DNA of 64,000 nucleotides from the NCBI GenBank assembly GCA_964016885.1, contig OZ024743.1, positions 116,002,001-116,066,000 of the forward strand, given 5' to 3'. The translations under genes were made by a program, and so were the position numbers. The stretch is from Eledone cirrhosa. Taxonomy: Eukaryota. The notes under the pieces were generated by a model that was not told the origin of the DNA, searched no databases, and was given only the letters and a program-made list of their open reading frames with translations. Positions 1 through 15,104 of this stretch are shown piece after piece (within the stretch, counting starts at the first letter, position 1; each line of letters begins with the position of its first letter).

Positions 1-879
1 GAAAGTAAATAATTTTACTGATAATTTTAGAATATCGTTCAAACTAATTCTCAGAGATTATACTTAAAATACGCCATCTTTAGATAATTGGTTATGATTT
101 GACAAAATACTTCACTCTTATTTCTAGCGGATTTTGTGACCACATAAAGGTCACTCCGTTGGCTGGTATTCCAAAGTAGCAAAACGATCAGATACATAGG
201 CATGTATCTGAGTACGTTTGCTTTAAAAATGTGCGTGCTGTATGCGTAATATCATAGCTTATTCGATTCTTTACATTTGCGTTTGTCTTGTTTGCAGAGC
301 TGTTTTCTACTGAATGTCATTAAAATACACAAACGCTCTCAGGACATACTCAAATGTTTTCTGTATGAAGCTTGATCTGAATGAAACGAAAATCAAATCA
401 TTTTACGCGCGACTTTAGTTTCATTCCACTAACAGGCTACCGTTTTCGACTACAGACGAGCATCCTTAATATGAAGGAAGATGAAAATAAATAAGGTGAG
501 TATTATTGAACCCTCGTGTTCAGTCAACTTTTGACTAAACAATCAACAATCAAACGAATAAAAGAACCACACACAAAAATGGGCAACTAAACACATATTT
601 ATTATCACAAATCTATTAGAACATGCTAAATATCCTTATTCTCTGCAAACGGCAAATGCACTGTCGAAGTTTGGTATTATGTGAACTCTCATACCTTCAA
701 AGTATGACCAATTCATCACCCACATAATGTACCTTGATAAAGTTCTTCAATATAAAACTCCCCTTTCTTTAACAGTAACGCATTTTGATAAACGTTTGGT
801 TTCGGTCGCTAGCTAGTTGAATGAAACTCTAGCGACACCCTTCTGCTCATAAACAGCTAAATGCAAGTTATTCATCATT

Positions 880-1058
880 GGGTAATTGGCAGTATCGGTA
901 GAGGGTCAGTCGCCGTGCTTTCCAGCATAGTTACGTCCTTTTATGGTCTGAGTTCAAATCCCGTCGAGGTTAACTTTGCCTATCATCCTTACGGGGTCGA
1001 AATAAATAGTGTGCCAGTAATTGCTGGCCTTGTGCCAAAAGTAGAAACAATTATTATT
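880..1058 (+). mobile_element. tRNA-derived SINE (family 1, octopus-type)
   Basis: A-box-like TTGGCAGTATCGGTAG, B-box GAGTTCAAATCC, body CTTTGCCTATCATCCTTACGGGGTCGA and a 3' (ATT)n-like tail. A closely similar copy lies at 30996-31183, with more decayed copies across the window. Confidence 0.8.
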
Positions 1059-1485
1059 TTAAAGAAAAGTCCTATCAATATTTTGATCCCTAATGAGTAT
1101 ATCTCGTGATTCATTTGAATGTAAGGGTGAAGTTTTATGTGGAAGTGGGTTCCTTTAAATGAGGAGTTGGTTAAAAAAGGGGAATTTATAATCATTGCAC
1201 ACACGTTTTTAAAAATGTAACATCGAAAGTGAAATTCCAACTGAAATACAAGCATTTTCCTTTTCTGATTCGATCACCAATATCTATAAAAAATTGTTGG
1301 GGGGGGGCGTGGGGGTTTCCAAAATTGAACTGCTAATATCCATCTTCACCTTTAGACGCTTCAGATACACATAAGCGATGCTAAATTTAATTAATTGATT
1401 TAAAATATTTCTTATTTCCCATGACGTTCTGCCTTTTTACTAAGAATAAACAGTTGGCCTTCTTGGTCTCCGCACAACAAACACT

Positions 1486-1763
<278 letters not shown>

Positions 1764-2362
1764 ATAAATTTGATCATCGTATTATATATACCACAATCAG
1801 AGAATATACTATCATTAACAAAACCAGATATGATAAACGAGATAATTTTTCCTAAGTGGAACGGAAATTTAGATATTTTTCTGTTATACAAATTACTTAA
1901 AGCCAGACAATAGAATTTTAACATTAGTTCAATTATTGTCTCAAAAATAACTATGAACCGATCGGCAGTGGAAGAAAAAATATTGGTAAAACGTTAAAAT
2001 ATAAAAATCTCATCGACCTAGATTATAGTTCTTTACCAAAAATAGTAATTTCTTACAATAAGCTACTTTGAAATCGCTTAAAATACATACATAAAATTAT
2101 TATTGTATGTATGTATGAACTGTTTTGCTCTCTTACTTGTTCCAGCAGACATATGTCTGTATATATATATATATATATTTATAGTAATAATTGTTTCTAC
2201 TTTAGGCACCAGGCCAGAAAATTACCCAGTGCATTACTGGTACTTTATTTTATCGACCCCGTATTTATAGTAATAATGACAGACAGACAGAGAGGGTACA
2301 AATGGAATAAACAAGAAAGGGGTGATAGAGAGAGAAAGCGTATTGAAGAAGAAAAAGAAGAA

Positions 2363-2366
2363 GATA

Positions 2367-2401
<35 letters not shown>

Positions 2402-2421
2402 AATGAAGACGATTATGATGA
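2363..2421. repeat. (GAT)n trinucleotide microsatellite
   Basis: Run of GAT repeats, which produces the poly-Asp in ORF 2111..2425. Confidence 0.9.
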
Positions 2422-3149
2422 GTAGGGAGAGGAGAAGGAGGAGGTGGTGGAGGATAATGACGATGAAAACATTATGAAGCCGATTTCGAGAACTACTGGT
2501 AACATATAGGACAATAAAATATATTTTAAGCTCGGCTCGTCAGCATCTAAACTGTCACCTCCACCCAAGCTTGTTGGTGGGCATCGTACTTTTTGGACAC
2601 CCTACGGAATGAAAAACAAAACCCGACAAAGAACGGAGTAACACAGGACAGTCAACTGCCATCCAATAGTGTCTGTAAAACAAAAACCTCTAGACAGATG
2701 TCGATAGACATGTTTCCCAGTCTGTCTAGGAGAAGGATAATTCTGATTTCAAAACCGCGTATATGGGGCTCGTTAATCCCCTTGGTAACAACATTTCAAT
2801 TGGCCAACGGCTTCATCTTTGAGATGAGGGGGATAAGCAGTGACTTGGTAGCAAGATTCCAAGTAATGGTTAGACAATGATTCGTGTCCATTCGATATCT
2901 GTTTTGCTATGACAATTATGGACATGCAGTTTCATAGAGATTAGCATTGGTGATATTGCTCCAGCCTGGGGCTCCCAGGTCCCCAACACTCAGCAAGGTG
3001 GATAGACAGAGACAATAGACACTTGTCTCTAGTATGAATTGATTTTGATATACGATGAGACTCTCGCTTCAATGGGATACACAAACACATTTTTATAGTG
3101 TATGAATGTATGTATGTATTTATATATGTATATCAGTGTTCCACTTGGT

Positions 3150-3475
3150 ATCTTTGCATAGTTTCGGGTACTTTATTTTATTGATAGCGGGAGATTGAAA
3201 TGCAAACCTAATCTCTGGATTTGAAATCAGAAATTAAAGTGCCATAACTATATGCTGCAAAGCATGTTGTCTGATTTACCGATACTGCTAATCCACCGCT
3301 TTGACAGGAATTAATAATAATTGTTACTACTTTTGGCACAAGGGCAGCAATTAATCCAATACGTTACTGGTGCTTTATTTTATCGACCCTGTAATGAGGG
3401 AAGGTAAAGTTAACTTCGGCGGGATTTGAACTCAGACCATGGAGTCCGACCTTCTACCGATTCTGCCAATCTAAT
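3150..3475 (-). mobile_element. Two adjacent decayed SINE family-1 copies
   Basis: Reverse-complement matches to 880-1058 (CTTTATTTTATCGACCC, GGGATTTGAACTCAGA, CTACCGATTCTGCCAAT). Further decayed copies at about 2190-2260, 17510-17710, 18210-18370, 19080-19460, 24070-24170, 26020-26200, 34790-34930 and 45620-45727. Confidence 0.7.
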
Positions 3476-4076
3476 GAGAGGCGGAATTGAGACGAAGCAA
3501 AGCGTCCTGACCATATCGACAGGCAAGTGGTTTTAGGACGACGGGCAGTGGGGTTATGACAGTAGTCACAGATATATCAGGAAGAGAGAGAGACAGATAG
3601 ATAAAGAGATAGATAGATAGAGAGAAAGAGAAAGAGAAAGAGAAAGAGAAAGAGAAAGAGAGAGAGAAATAGTGAGAGTGAGGTAGCGGAAAATGATAGA
3701 GAGAATGAGAGAGAGAACTAGAGAGTCACAGAAACGGTAGTCGACAACAATTTAGGCTTCAAAAGTAGTGTCGCTTACGATAATGATATAAGAGCAAAAT
3801 TAGCACGTGGGACAAACGCTGGACATGTAGAATGAATGCAAATATCTATCAACCATTTTTAGCAATACTGAAGGAGCCACAGCGATGATTTCAAGGAATC
3901 AGGAATTTAGTCACGTCTGAAGTAACCTACTTGGGAAAAGCATAGTCTGATATTTGTTAGAGTTGAAGGGTTTGAATTTTGCACCTCATTAGCATAATAA
4001 AATTCTGTATATATATGTATATATATATGTATATGTAAGGTTATGTTTATATATTTGTATATATATATGCATGTAT

Positions 4077-4174
<98 letters not shown>

Positions 4175-4175
<1 letters not shown>

Positions 4176-5470
4176 AATTAATAAAAAAATAATGAATAAA
4201 AACAAAGAAACATCCTTATATTAAAAAATCATCATTTTACGATCGTTTCTAGGATATATATGTTTGTGTTGGTATGTATATCATATAGATCTATGTAAAT
4301 TTTTTACAAACTATCAGAGGGAATATACATACCTACACATATATATGCTGTCTTCAGAAATAATGATATTTGTTTATTGAAAAAAACCAACAAAGATTTA
4401 ATATAATAGGTCTGTTTGGGAAGAAGTTTTGAATTGACCAATAGAGAGGTAGTAAATGGTCAAGATAGTAGAATAGTAGTAATAGAACTTTAATTTAGGG
4501 GTAGAGGAAAGCAGATTTCAGTTTTGAATGGAAAGAGTATGATGAACGAAAAGATTATTTTAGGGATGAAAATGGGTCAAGTCGGTAAAAAGTACACGAA
4601 GAATTGATGTTATAAAAGAATAATGCTAATGTAAATATCTAAGGAGAATAACATTTTACGATAAATGTGTTAGTGAAAAATATCAATCTTATTTAAAATA
4701 TAGGGAATTTACATCTATAAAAAGAAAATAAATTAATTAAATTGATAGGTATATTTATATTGATAAATTTATATTAATTCATATAGATATGATAAATAAG
4801 AGTTAGATGTAATTGAAGAGTGCTGTTAAAAACCAAGGGAAAAATAAAAAGATAATAATTATTATTATTGGGGGGGGGGGGGGTAAGTTTATTAGTGAGA
4901 AATAACAAATTTATATAGATTATAAGGATAATAGAATCATAACCTGAAATTAAAATAGTTTATATGTATACTTATTGGTATAAATTTTAGGAAAAGATAG
5001 CTGTAAAAGGGAAATAAAATTATACAGTTCATTAGTAGTAGAATATTAATTAAAGGTTAACTAATTTTAAAAAAAAGTGTTATTATAATAATTTCTAAAG
5101 TGTATATTAATTAGGTTTATAATATTTAAAAGTTCTTCTCAGTTTATGATTACATGATAAAATTAATTCCTGTCGTTTATTTAATAGGATATCCTTAGAT
5201 TTCATTATTTCAAAAAGTTCCTGGGAACATAATCTACATTCATATCTATTATTTTGATAAGGGGTGGCCCTTTTGAGCACACTCTAGGTCAGGTTATAAT
5301 CTATATTCCTCTTTCTATAATTATTAATTATTTCAGCTAAAGATGTTGTATTAGCTAATGCGGCATTTTTAAAACTGTGTTTGTGGGTATTAAATCTTAC
5401 TTTAAATTGGTTAGAAGTAGCTCCTATATATGAATAAGTTGAGTACTTAGTGTTAACTGTACATATATAT
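4175..5470 (-). mobile_element. 5'-truncated Penelope-like element (C-terminal GIY-YIG, Hydra-like) with 3' pLTR, ending in (TA)n
   Basis: The minus strand at 5130-5470 reads YICTVNTKYSTYSYIGATSNQFKVRFNTHKHSF...ATPYQNNRYECRLC...LLNKRQELILSCNH (with frameshift and stop). This is homologous to the EN remnants at 36113-36520 and 49860-50320. Confidence 0.75.
4228..4367 (-). ncRNA. Type I hammerhead ribozyme motif with greatly extended stem II
   Basis: Minus strand: AUCAUUAUUU-CUGAAGA-[~100-nt hairpin with AUAUAUAUG/CAUAUAUAU and GGUAUGUAUAU/AUAUACAUACC]-GAAAC-GAUC-GUA|AAAUGAUGAU. Stem I is 10 bp and stem III is the palindrome ACGAUCGU. Confidence 0.7.
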
Positions 5471-5712
5471 TTAGTATATAAATGTAAGGTTGTTCTTCGT
5501 TGTCCAGAATCTCACAGGTTCTGAAAGCACATGTGAGGTTCTAAGGTTAGAAAACCCTTATTATGGCCAGTGAATTCAGCGTGTGTAGTTATTGCAAAAA
5601 TTGATAAAAATAACACAAAACGAATAAAGCACTCGACCGGTTTGTTTTTAAAATAAACTTAAGCGATTAATCAGTCAATAGAATTAACTAAAAAGCCAAA
5701 AAAATTAACTGG

Positions 5713-5770
<58 letters not shown>

Positions 5771-6284
5771 TCAGGTTATCAATAATGTAGTGATAATATA
5801 TCGTTACGTTAGAGATGAACATGTATACATATATGTGTATGTACGTATGTGTGTGTGTGTATTTTTCTCACTAGTCAGATATTTCGTTGCTACAGATCAC
5901 GCAGCTGAATTAGCGGTCGCTATTTTCAATTTGCAAAGCCCTTTAAACTGTATGTTATTACTCTGAGGTCTATACCTTGTCGAGTGCTTGGCTGCACTGC
6001 TGAAGGCATCCGTTGGCTTAGCTGCTACTCGAACTTCGAATATGCTGTACTTTTGTATTACTATCTCCTAGACCTAATGATTAATTGATTAATTTAATTT
6101 GACAATTCCATTGATTGGTAAATTATTTAAGTTTGTTTAAATAACGGTCTGGTTGAGTGCTTAATTCAGTTTGTGTATGGAATATTTTCCATTGCTCATA
6201 ATTTGAATTTGACCTCTATAAACCGAGGTATATCCCTTTGGAATGCATCTTCTCTTTTCATGATATTTGTCTATGACACCGTTA

Positions 6285-6329
<45 letters not shown>

Positions 6330-8523
6330 TAGGTGCACACATATGAGCTAGCTTTCTCTTACCTTCACTCATTCACAGGCACACACATAATGCGCGGCTG
6401 TTTAGGCGACAGTTTTTGATTGTATTCTCAAATTAATCGATACCGTGATTACAATTTCATAGACAGACAGTAACTTCGGACGCTAGTGTAATATATATAT
6501 ATATATATAAGTAAGTATGTTTTGAAACAGTTAGCAGGTTTGAAATTAGAAAATAGAATAGATTTCACCATATTTTTTTGACTAAAGAAATTTTAGTCTG
6601 ATAATGGGATTTAGAACCCTCAGATAAATGGAAAAAGATGAGTATTGATGTACATATGTGCGTGCGTGTGTGTGTGTGAGAGAGAGACTATCAGTAGTAA
6701 TGCAGATTGTATTTAAACTAGGTGACTTGTTCTGTTTTGTTCTGCTTTTATGTGGTTGGATTATATATTCTTATCTTGATTGTCTTTTCCTTTACCAAAT
6801 TGCAATCTTCTGAAACAGCTTACATATATTTAGTATTTGAATGTTAACGACATCTTATCAATGGTTTTAGAAAGCCTTATCTATAGTGAATAATATAGAA
6901 TTGAAATGTTAGTTATTTAATTATTTATTCATGTACTAATTTATATATTTATCTATTATTTGACTTGATCATCACACAGACAACTAATTAAATGTCTTTT
7001 TTCTTGTCATGTATTGAAATATTCTTATTAGCCGGTTCTTAATTCATTCCTTCAATTTTCTTTCAAAATCGGATATGTCAAATGCAGCCACGAAATTTGA
7101 AGTTTCTACTGGACAAAATATTTAACACTCTACATTCTGTTTCAGAAATCAGCCATTCGCCAAATGAGAGATGAGGAATGAGATTTGCAAAACTTAGAAT
7201 ACTCAAGGCATACCGTATATCCTAACAGCACAATTACGAATTCATCAGAAATTAAGAGACCTTTACATGTGCTACACCGACATTCTATATCGAGTAACTT
7301 TCCTTTCTTTTTTACTCAGTTGCAGATTGATAGGCGCAATATGGCTGATTACTTCCCACAACGTGTTTTCTTCTCAAAGTGTCAATCAAAACCTTGTAAA
7401 TAAAATTGGACTGACGGACACAGATTGTAAAACATTAGGATGGGCTGTAGTTGTAAATCAAAAAGGCAGTCTTCGCCCTCCCTATGGCAGGTTGAATCAC
7501 CTTGAGGATGCACGTGTCAAAGAAAAGCTTAGCCGCTTGTGCATTTATTACATGAGTAGATTATTCAGTTGTTCGCTCAATTGAGTCCCTCATAATCAGA
7601 ATCGAGGGATGTCCAATGTTATGTAAAAAAAACCCCACATAATTATCTTATTGGATCTTCTTTGAACATAGGTATGTTTGGTCAACAAGACCAATACTTT
7701 TCTTATAGTAAGCATTAAAATCTTAGATAATAGTAATCTAAATATTATTAAAATTTCACGAGCAGTCTGTTTCGTTGATTGAATTGGAACACTCGCCCTC
7801 GAAATCAAGAAATGCACATTGACAATTAACGGGTTCAAATTTTGATTCAGTGTCTTAGATGGGAAAGGGGTGGGCTGGACCACAATTTCCGTATTTCCCA
7901 AACATTCTCCAACTGAAATGAACACGTCAGCACAGAGCTAAAATATTTGTCTATTTATTGGGGTGTTGGCGTAAACAGAGTGTTCTAGAATGGTTTATAA
8001 CAATTATATATCTCTATAACCCTTTTACTCTCTCTATCCCTCTCTGTGTCTCCCTATATCACACTTTCTCTCCCTCCCTCTCTTTCATTATCTCTATAAT
8101 TTCTTTCTCTCTTTTGTTTTACTCACTCTCTTTCTCTCCTCCTCTCTTGAGCATTATCTCCCTCTTCCTGAATCACTCTATTCACTCTCTCACTGTCTGC
8201 CAATCTATCAATCTCTTTCTTTCAAGCTAGTAAATTCAGCGACCATACAATACACACTACGTCCCACGCACAAAATATAAATCTTACCACATTACCACAT
8301 ATCTGTTTCAATTCTATATATAATGAAATGATGGCGGTGTGTGAGCAAAATATATTTCAATAAAATGTGTTCTGCGTACTGAAATGAACTAGAGTGTATG
8401 TCTTAATTCAATGAACTTGGCAGGCCTGTCTCCCTATCGCATTTTCAATATTATCAGCACTACATTCCCCCCTCTCTCTACCTATATATAAATGTATATG
8501 TATATATATGTATGTATATATAC

Positions 8524-8575
<52 letters not shown>

Positions 8576-8661
8576 ATATGTGTGTATATAAATATATATA
8601 TATGTGTGGGGGGTATTATCAGCACCTCTATCTACCTATATATAAATATATATGTATATAA

Positions 8662-8759
<98 letters not shown>

Positions 8760-8760
<1 letters not shown>

Positions 8761-10000
8761 AGAGTGAAGAAGAACACGGATCAGCTATACACTAGGGTTT
8801 ATTCCAAGTACTAGCAATCAAGAATATGAAATAGGCTGGTCGAAATTATCGAATGCCAAAGCTTACACGAACAGGATGTCCCAAAGCGGATTACGCAATA
8901 TGGAATTTCTCCATATTTTGCAATATAGTCAGAAACTACTAAACAGCAAAATCGAAAGAACAATCTATTGTTGGCACAAAACCGCAAGCAAGTTCTCAAA
9001 TTATAACCCAAAATAAGCAGGATTCGATCCAGAAGCCTTACCATCTGTATAAACAACAGAATTCCACAGACATATGAGGTCTGCAAAATTACCGTCACTG
9101 AACCATTCCAACATCTCCTTATCACCATTAAAGGACAACACATCGCAAATCCACCGTAAATCACCCCCACGAACACGGACACTCTGTCACCAACACCAAT
9201 AATAAACAACACATAATTCAATAGTTATGCCAGCAACCCATAGAATGAAAAAACGACTCCTAACCAATCGAACGCAAGAGTAGCTGACATTCTAAAAACA
9301 CTCCCTCAGTGATTAAGGTTTTCTTTTTTATAGACACACCCCTTCAACTCCCTTTCACTCACACATATCAATCATCCATTATTGTCATTGTCACCCTCAG
9401 CATCATCACGCATTAAGACATTATATTTCAAAATATATTTCAATCCACTTGTCTGTCTGTTATTTATTCATTTATTTATTTATTTATTTTTTATTACATT
9501 GTCCACAACGCTTCATCCTAACTCCTGTATATATATATATACACATGTTTATATATACACCTGTGCGCATATATACACCTGTTTTATGCCATTTGTATCC
9601 GCAGTCTATACTTTCTAATTTCCTACTTCTTTATTCTTTTATTTTACTTTCAATTCTTACTTTATCTGATTTTTATTTTTATTTTTATCTTTTTGTCTTT
9701 TCATATCACTTTTTTGCATGTTATTTTTTCATGCCATTATCTTACAATCCTTGATCTCGCTATGCTTTTCTTCTTATTATTGTTCATGTTATTTTTCGTG
9801 TTATTAACAATATAAATGCGTTGTACCAACAAAACCGAACTAGTATTTTGACAATTTGGCTGGTGGTAACTGTACTTAAAATCGATTGTCATGGTTGCAC
9901 TACGGAGAGCGATTTTTAGACACACCGGACCTATGAAACATTTGTTAAAACTTGGAATAAACCCTACTGTATAGCTGGTCCATGTTATTCTTCACATCTT
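8760..10000 (+). mobile_element. Decayed PLE 3' fragment with ~50-bp inverted terminal segment
   Basis: 8760-8808 is the reverse complement of 9951-10000. About 8822-9015 translates EYEIGWSKLSNAKAYTN...LLNSKIERTIYCWHK, resembling the C-terminus of the Hydra-like GIY-YIG domain. Confidence 0.6.
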
Positions 10001-10199
10001 TATTATTAATACCCCAGGAACCGCTTATCTAGGAAATGTCTGGTATCGGCCACCCACACACCACAACTAAGTAAACATTTTGTCAAGTCAAACAACGCCG
10101 AACGTTATAATCTTCCACAGTACAGATTACTCATGGCCTCTACTAAGATTACCTCAAATGATACCTCGTTTACTTAAATATATGTATATATATATATAT

Positions 10200-11274
<1,075 letters not shown>

Positions 11275-11782
11275 AATAATGATAAATTTGAAGACTAAAA
11301 TCCAAAGAGGGCCCGATAAGGAAAAATATATATCATATATATAAGAACCGGAGAGCAAATATTTATTAAAATAACAGATTAAAGTTTCATCAAAGAATCG
11401 CTGCTTTCACCTTTAATGGGATCTTCTGAATCTAAAAAAGTATATCTGTGAACGCAGAAGTAAATATTTTAAAAAACGTTGCAACCGAAGGAAGACAGGA
11501 AGACGATACTTTGGTTCGTGGAAACGTTCTCTGGCAAAGAACGGAATGAAACGAAGATAATACGTCATACACACAAAGACAAAACCACGTTTATGGTATA
11601 AATGAAATCGTAGACTAATATTTTATTAGGTGGTTCATGGAGACGTTCTCTGGCAATGAACGGAAAATACGAAGTTAATATGTCATTATGTGGAGCGTTG
11701 AGAACAATTACACGCAAATACAAAACCACGAAAATGGTATAACTGAAGTCGTAGACTAACATTCTTAAATATATATATATAT

Positions 11783-11866
<84 letters not shown>

Positions 11867-12614
11867 ATAATAATAAATTTAAAGACTAAAATTCAAAGAG
11901 GGCTCGATAGGGATAAATATATATCAAATATATCAGAACCGTAGAGCACATATTTATTAAAATAACAGATTAAATTTAAGCAAAGAATCGGTGCTTTCAC
12001 CCTTAACGGGATCTTCTGAAACTAACAAATTCAATCTGTGAACGCAGAAGTGAATATTTCAAAAAACGTTGCAACCGTAGGAAGACAGGAAGACAATATT
12101 TTAGTACATAGAGACGTCCTCTGGCAATGAACGGAAAAAACGAAGATAATACGTCATATGTGGAGCGTGGAGAACAATTGCACGCAAAGACAAAACCACG
12201 TAAATGGTATAACTGAAGTCGTAGTCTAAAATTCTAACTAGGAAATTCTCGGATGATTCTCGAATGATTCTCGAATGATTCTCGAATGATTCTCGGCTTC
12301 AGAGTTAAGAATAAAGTAAATAAAATACGCTCCACATATGACGTATTATCTTCGTTTTTTCCGTTCATTGCGAGAGAACGTCTCTATGAACCACCTAATA
12401 GAATATTAATCTACGACATCTTTTATACCATAAACGTGGGTTTTGTCTTTGCGTGTAATTGTTTTTCACCGCTCCCAATAATGACGTATTATATTCGTTT
12501 TTTCCCGTTCTTGGCAGGGAACGTTTCCACGAACTAAAGTATCGTCTTCCTGTCTTCCTCCAGCTGCAACATTTTTTGAAATATTCACTTCTGCGTTCAC
12601 AGATTGACTTTGTT

Positions 12615-12665
12615 AGTTTCAGAAGATCCCGTTAAGAGTGAAAGCAGCGATTCCTTGCTTAAACT
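12615..12665 (+). ncRNA. Hammerhead-like motif with variant core CAGAAGA (U4A) in pLTR
   Basis: AGUUU-CAGAAGA-U-CCC-GUUAA-G(A/G)G-U-GAAA-GCA...UGC-UU|AAACU. The CAGA start is shared by all five pLTR copies (also about 11381-11431 -, 11973-12023 -, 13701-13751 +, 40325-40374 -). Confidence 0.5.
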
Positions 12666-12819
12666 TTAATCTGTTATTTTAATAAATATTTGCTCTACGG
12701 TTCTTATATATTTGATATATATTTATCCTTATCGAGGCCTCTTCGGATTTTAGTCTTCAAATTTATTATTATTACTATTTGGCTCCGTCGGTGGAGCACT
12801 CTAATGACTTATATTTATC

Positions 12820-13490
12820 ATGCAGAAACAACATCTGAATATTTCTACTAAGAACATACCCGTACCAAGCAGGAAAACATACCTAAAACTCCTGATACAG
12901 AAAACAGACGCGTTCAATAATAGGTTGCGTTGGCGTGCCTTTTATTTCGATAATCAGGGAAAAACAGACAATAAACAGGGTAAATTTGGGTTCAAAACCT
13001 ATAATAACCCTACAAGTAACCCATCATTGCTACCCTTCGAAAATGATGTCTTGGAACTCAAACGGAGTAACAAATTTAGGAATAGGAGCAATTCCTTCCA
13101 GCAGGACCTGAAGAATAGAATTCGTTCTATTAAGGATTCTAATGCCGTGCACGTCCATTCCAACAAAACTGGCATCTATATCAAGTGGAGCGCAGTACTT
13201 ACCAGCAACTGCTACATAATACTGTAACTAAGGATTACCGTAAAACTAATCGGAGCGTCATTAATGAAATCAACGATGCTGGGTTTAAAATCACCTCTGA
13301 TCTCAACATCCTGGACCGGTCTGAACCTCTGGACCCTTTTTCTCCCTACTTTACCGTGAAGGATCACAAATCCAATTTTCCGAACAACCCCTCTATTCGG
13401 CTTATTAACCCTACGAATTCCGATTTAGGTAGACTTAGTAAAAGGATTCTTGATAGAATTATACCTGAAATTAGAAGTTTGGCCCCTCTT
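12820..13490 (+). pseudogene. N-terminal part of PLE reverse transcriptase ORF (frameshifted, internally deleted)
   Basis: STKNIPVPSRKTYLKLLIQK...RLRWRAFYF...NKT, then after a frameshift YQQLLHNTVTKDYRK...VKDHKSNFPNNPSIRLINPTNSDLGRLSKRILDRI. These are typical PLE pre-RT and RT1-2 motifs (DKT, K.HK, R.I). Confidence 0.8.
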
Positions 13491-13751
13491 GCACTGCCTA
13501 CGACTTCTTTTATACCATAAACGTGGTTTTGTCTTTGCGCGCAATTGTTTTTCACCGCTCCAAATAATGACGTATTATATTCGTTTTTTCCCGTTCTTTG
13601 CCAGGGAACGTTTCCACGAACCAAAGTGTCGTCTTCCTCTCTTCATCCGGTTGCAACGTTTTTGAAATATTTACTTCTGCGTTCACAGATTAACTTTGTT
13701 AGTTTCAGATAATCCCGTTAAGGGTGAAAGCAGCGATTATTTGCTTAAACC

Positions 13752-14110
13752 GAAAAAGATAAACAGAAACAATGAAACATTTCTAAGAGTGGGAAATGAA
13801 ATTTCGTTTCATTTTTTCCGTTTATCGTTTTCTGTGCACCCGACCGATTAACCCACTCGATATGCAAATTGGGCTACTCAGCCGTTAATATGCATAAGGT
13901 AAGTATATACGTTCAACAATCTGGCAGGAAGGTATACGGTGCTGACGATAGCTAATAAGCTTGAAACTAGTACAGCGTTCCTTTGTCAGTGTTGAACAAA
14001 CGAGCAACGATGGTTGCTAGACACTACAGCTTAATACGGGATGTTTGTTTACAAACACACCGAGCATTATAATAAATGTTCGGTGAATCTATACGTACAT
14101 ATATATATGT
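13752..14110 (+). mobile_element. ORF-less HHR-bearing repeat, family B (diverged copy)
   Basis: Homologous to 53575-53930 and 54109-54406, with a short 5' inversion at 13752-13830. Confidence 0.7.
13936..13978 (+). ncRNA. Minimal type I hammerhead ribozyme (family B)
   Basis: ACGGUG-CUGACGA-U-AGCU-AAUA-AGCU-U-GAAAC-UA-GUA|CAGCGU, with one stem I mismatch. Confidence 0.7.
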
Positions 14111-14299
14111 CTGCATGTATGTATATATATATATACATACTACTGTACGTCTGTATACATATATGTATGCACGTGTATATTTATATTTATAAATCGACAG
14201 TTATTTTCACCAGTTTTATACATAATAACATTTTCTAATTTTAAGCCTAAGTCCAATTGTTATGAGGGCAAGGGCAAGGTCGATTTTAATGCTAAGATA

Positions 14300-14580
14300 C
14301 CATAGGGTAGTGTTTTGAAGTGTTTCGGTCACAATCAAAACATCGCGAATTCGGTTGCCGTCACGCGTTATGTCCTTGGGCCAGAGTCTTATTTCACGTT
14401 TATCTAGTCTGCTTAACTGGCAAAAACGAATTGTACCTGCAATGCGAGAGACCAGTATCCTCATACACAGTGTGTCGCTGTTTCACTCAGAGACTAGGTT
14501 AATGGTGCATGTGTATGTGGAAAGCTCAACAGCGTGCACATTAATTGAATGAGTTGTCCGTTCTGTTATTCGAACAACTG
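14300..14580 (+). mobile_element. Decayed tRNA-derived SINE (family 2)
   Basis: GCGTTATGTCCTTGGGCCAGAGTCTTATTTCACGTT matches the reverse complement of the SINE at 53122-53342. Confidence 0.55.
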
Positions 14581-14964
14581 AAACACACGACGTTGGGACT
14601 GATGAAGATCTAACATTTATAAATATACGCAAACATGTACACACATACACACATTTATATGTATGATTGTATGTATGTATGTATGTATGTATGTATGTAT
14701 GTATGTATGTTTTCTCTTTCTCTTAATTTCGAGTATATTTTTTTTTATGTATGTATGTATGTATGTATAAATTGTGAATCTCGGTCAAAAAATCAATTTA
14801 ATATGCAAATAAATATTCTGCTTAGAAAAGGAGAAAAATACTTGAATCGTCTAATGCTTTTACCTAAATTCCGATGACTAATGTATTGATGTAATAACAA
14901 AAGAAAAATGGATCGAACCCATGAGCATACATACACAGTTATATTTAAACAGTCATATTTATAA

Positions 14965-15003
<39 letters not shown>

Positions 15004-15040
15004 CACACACACACGCACAAAGACATATAATCACACACAC

Positions 15041-15104
<64 letters not shown>

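Noticed and set aside
456-496. Possible small host exon (CAG|...AAG|GTGAGT)
   Set aside because: Good donor site, but no supported partner exons or homology. It cannot be called without transcript data.
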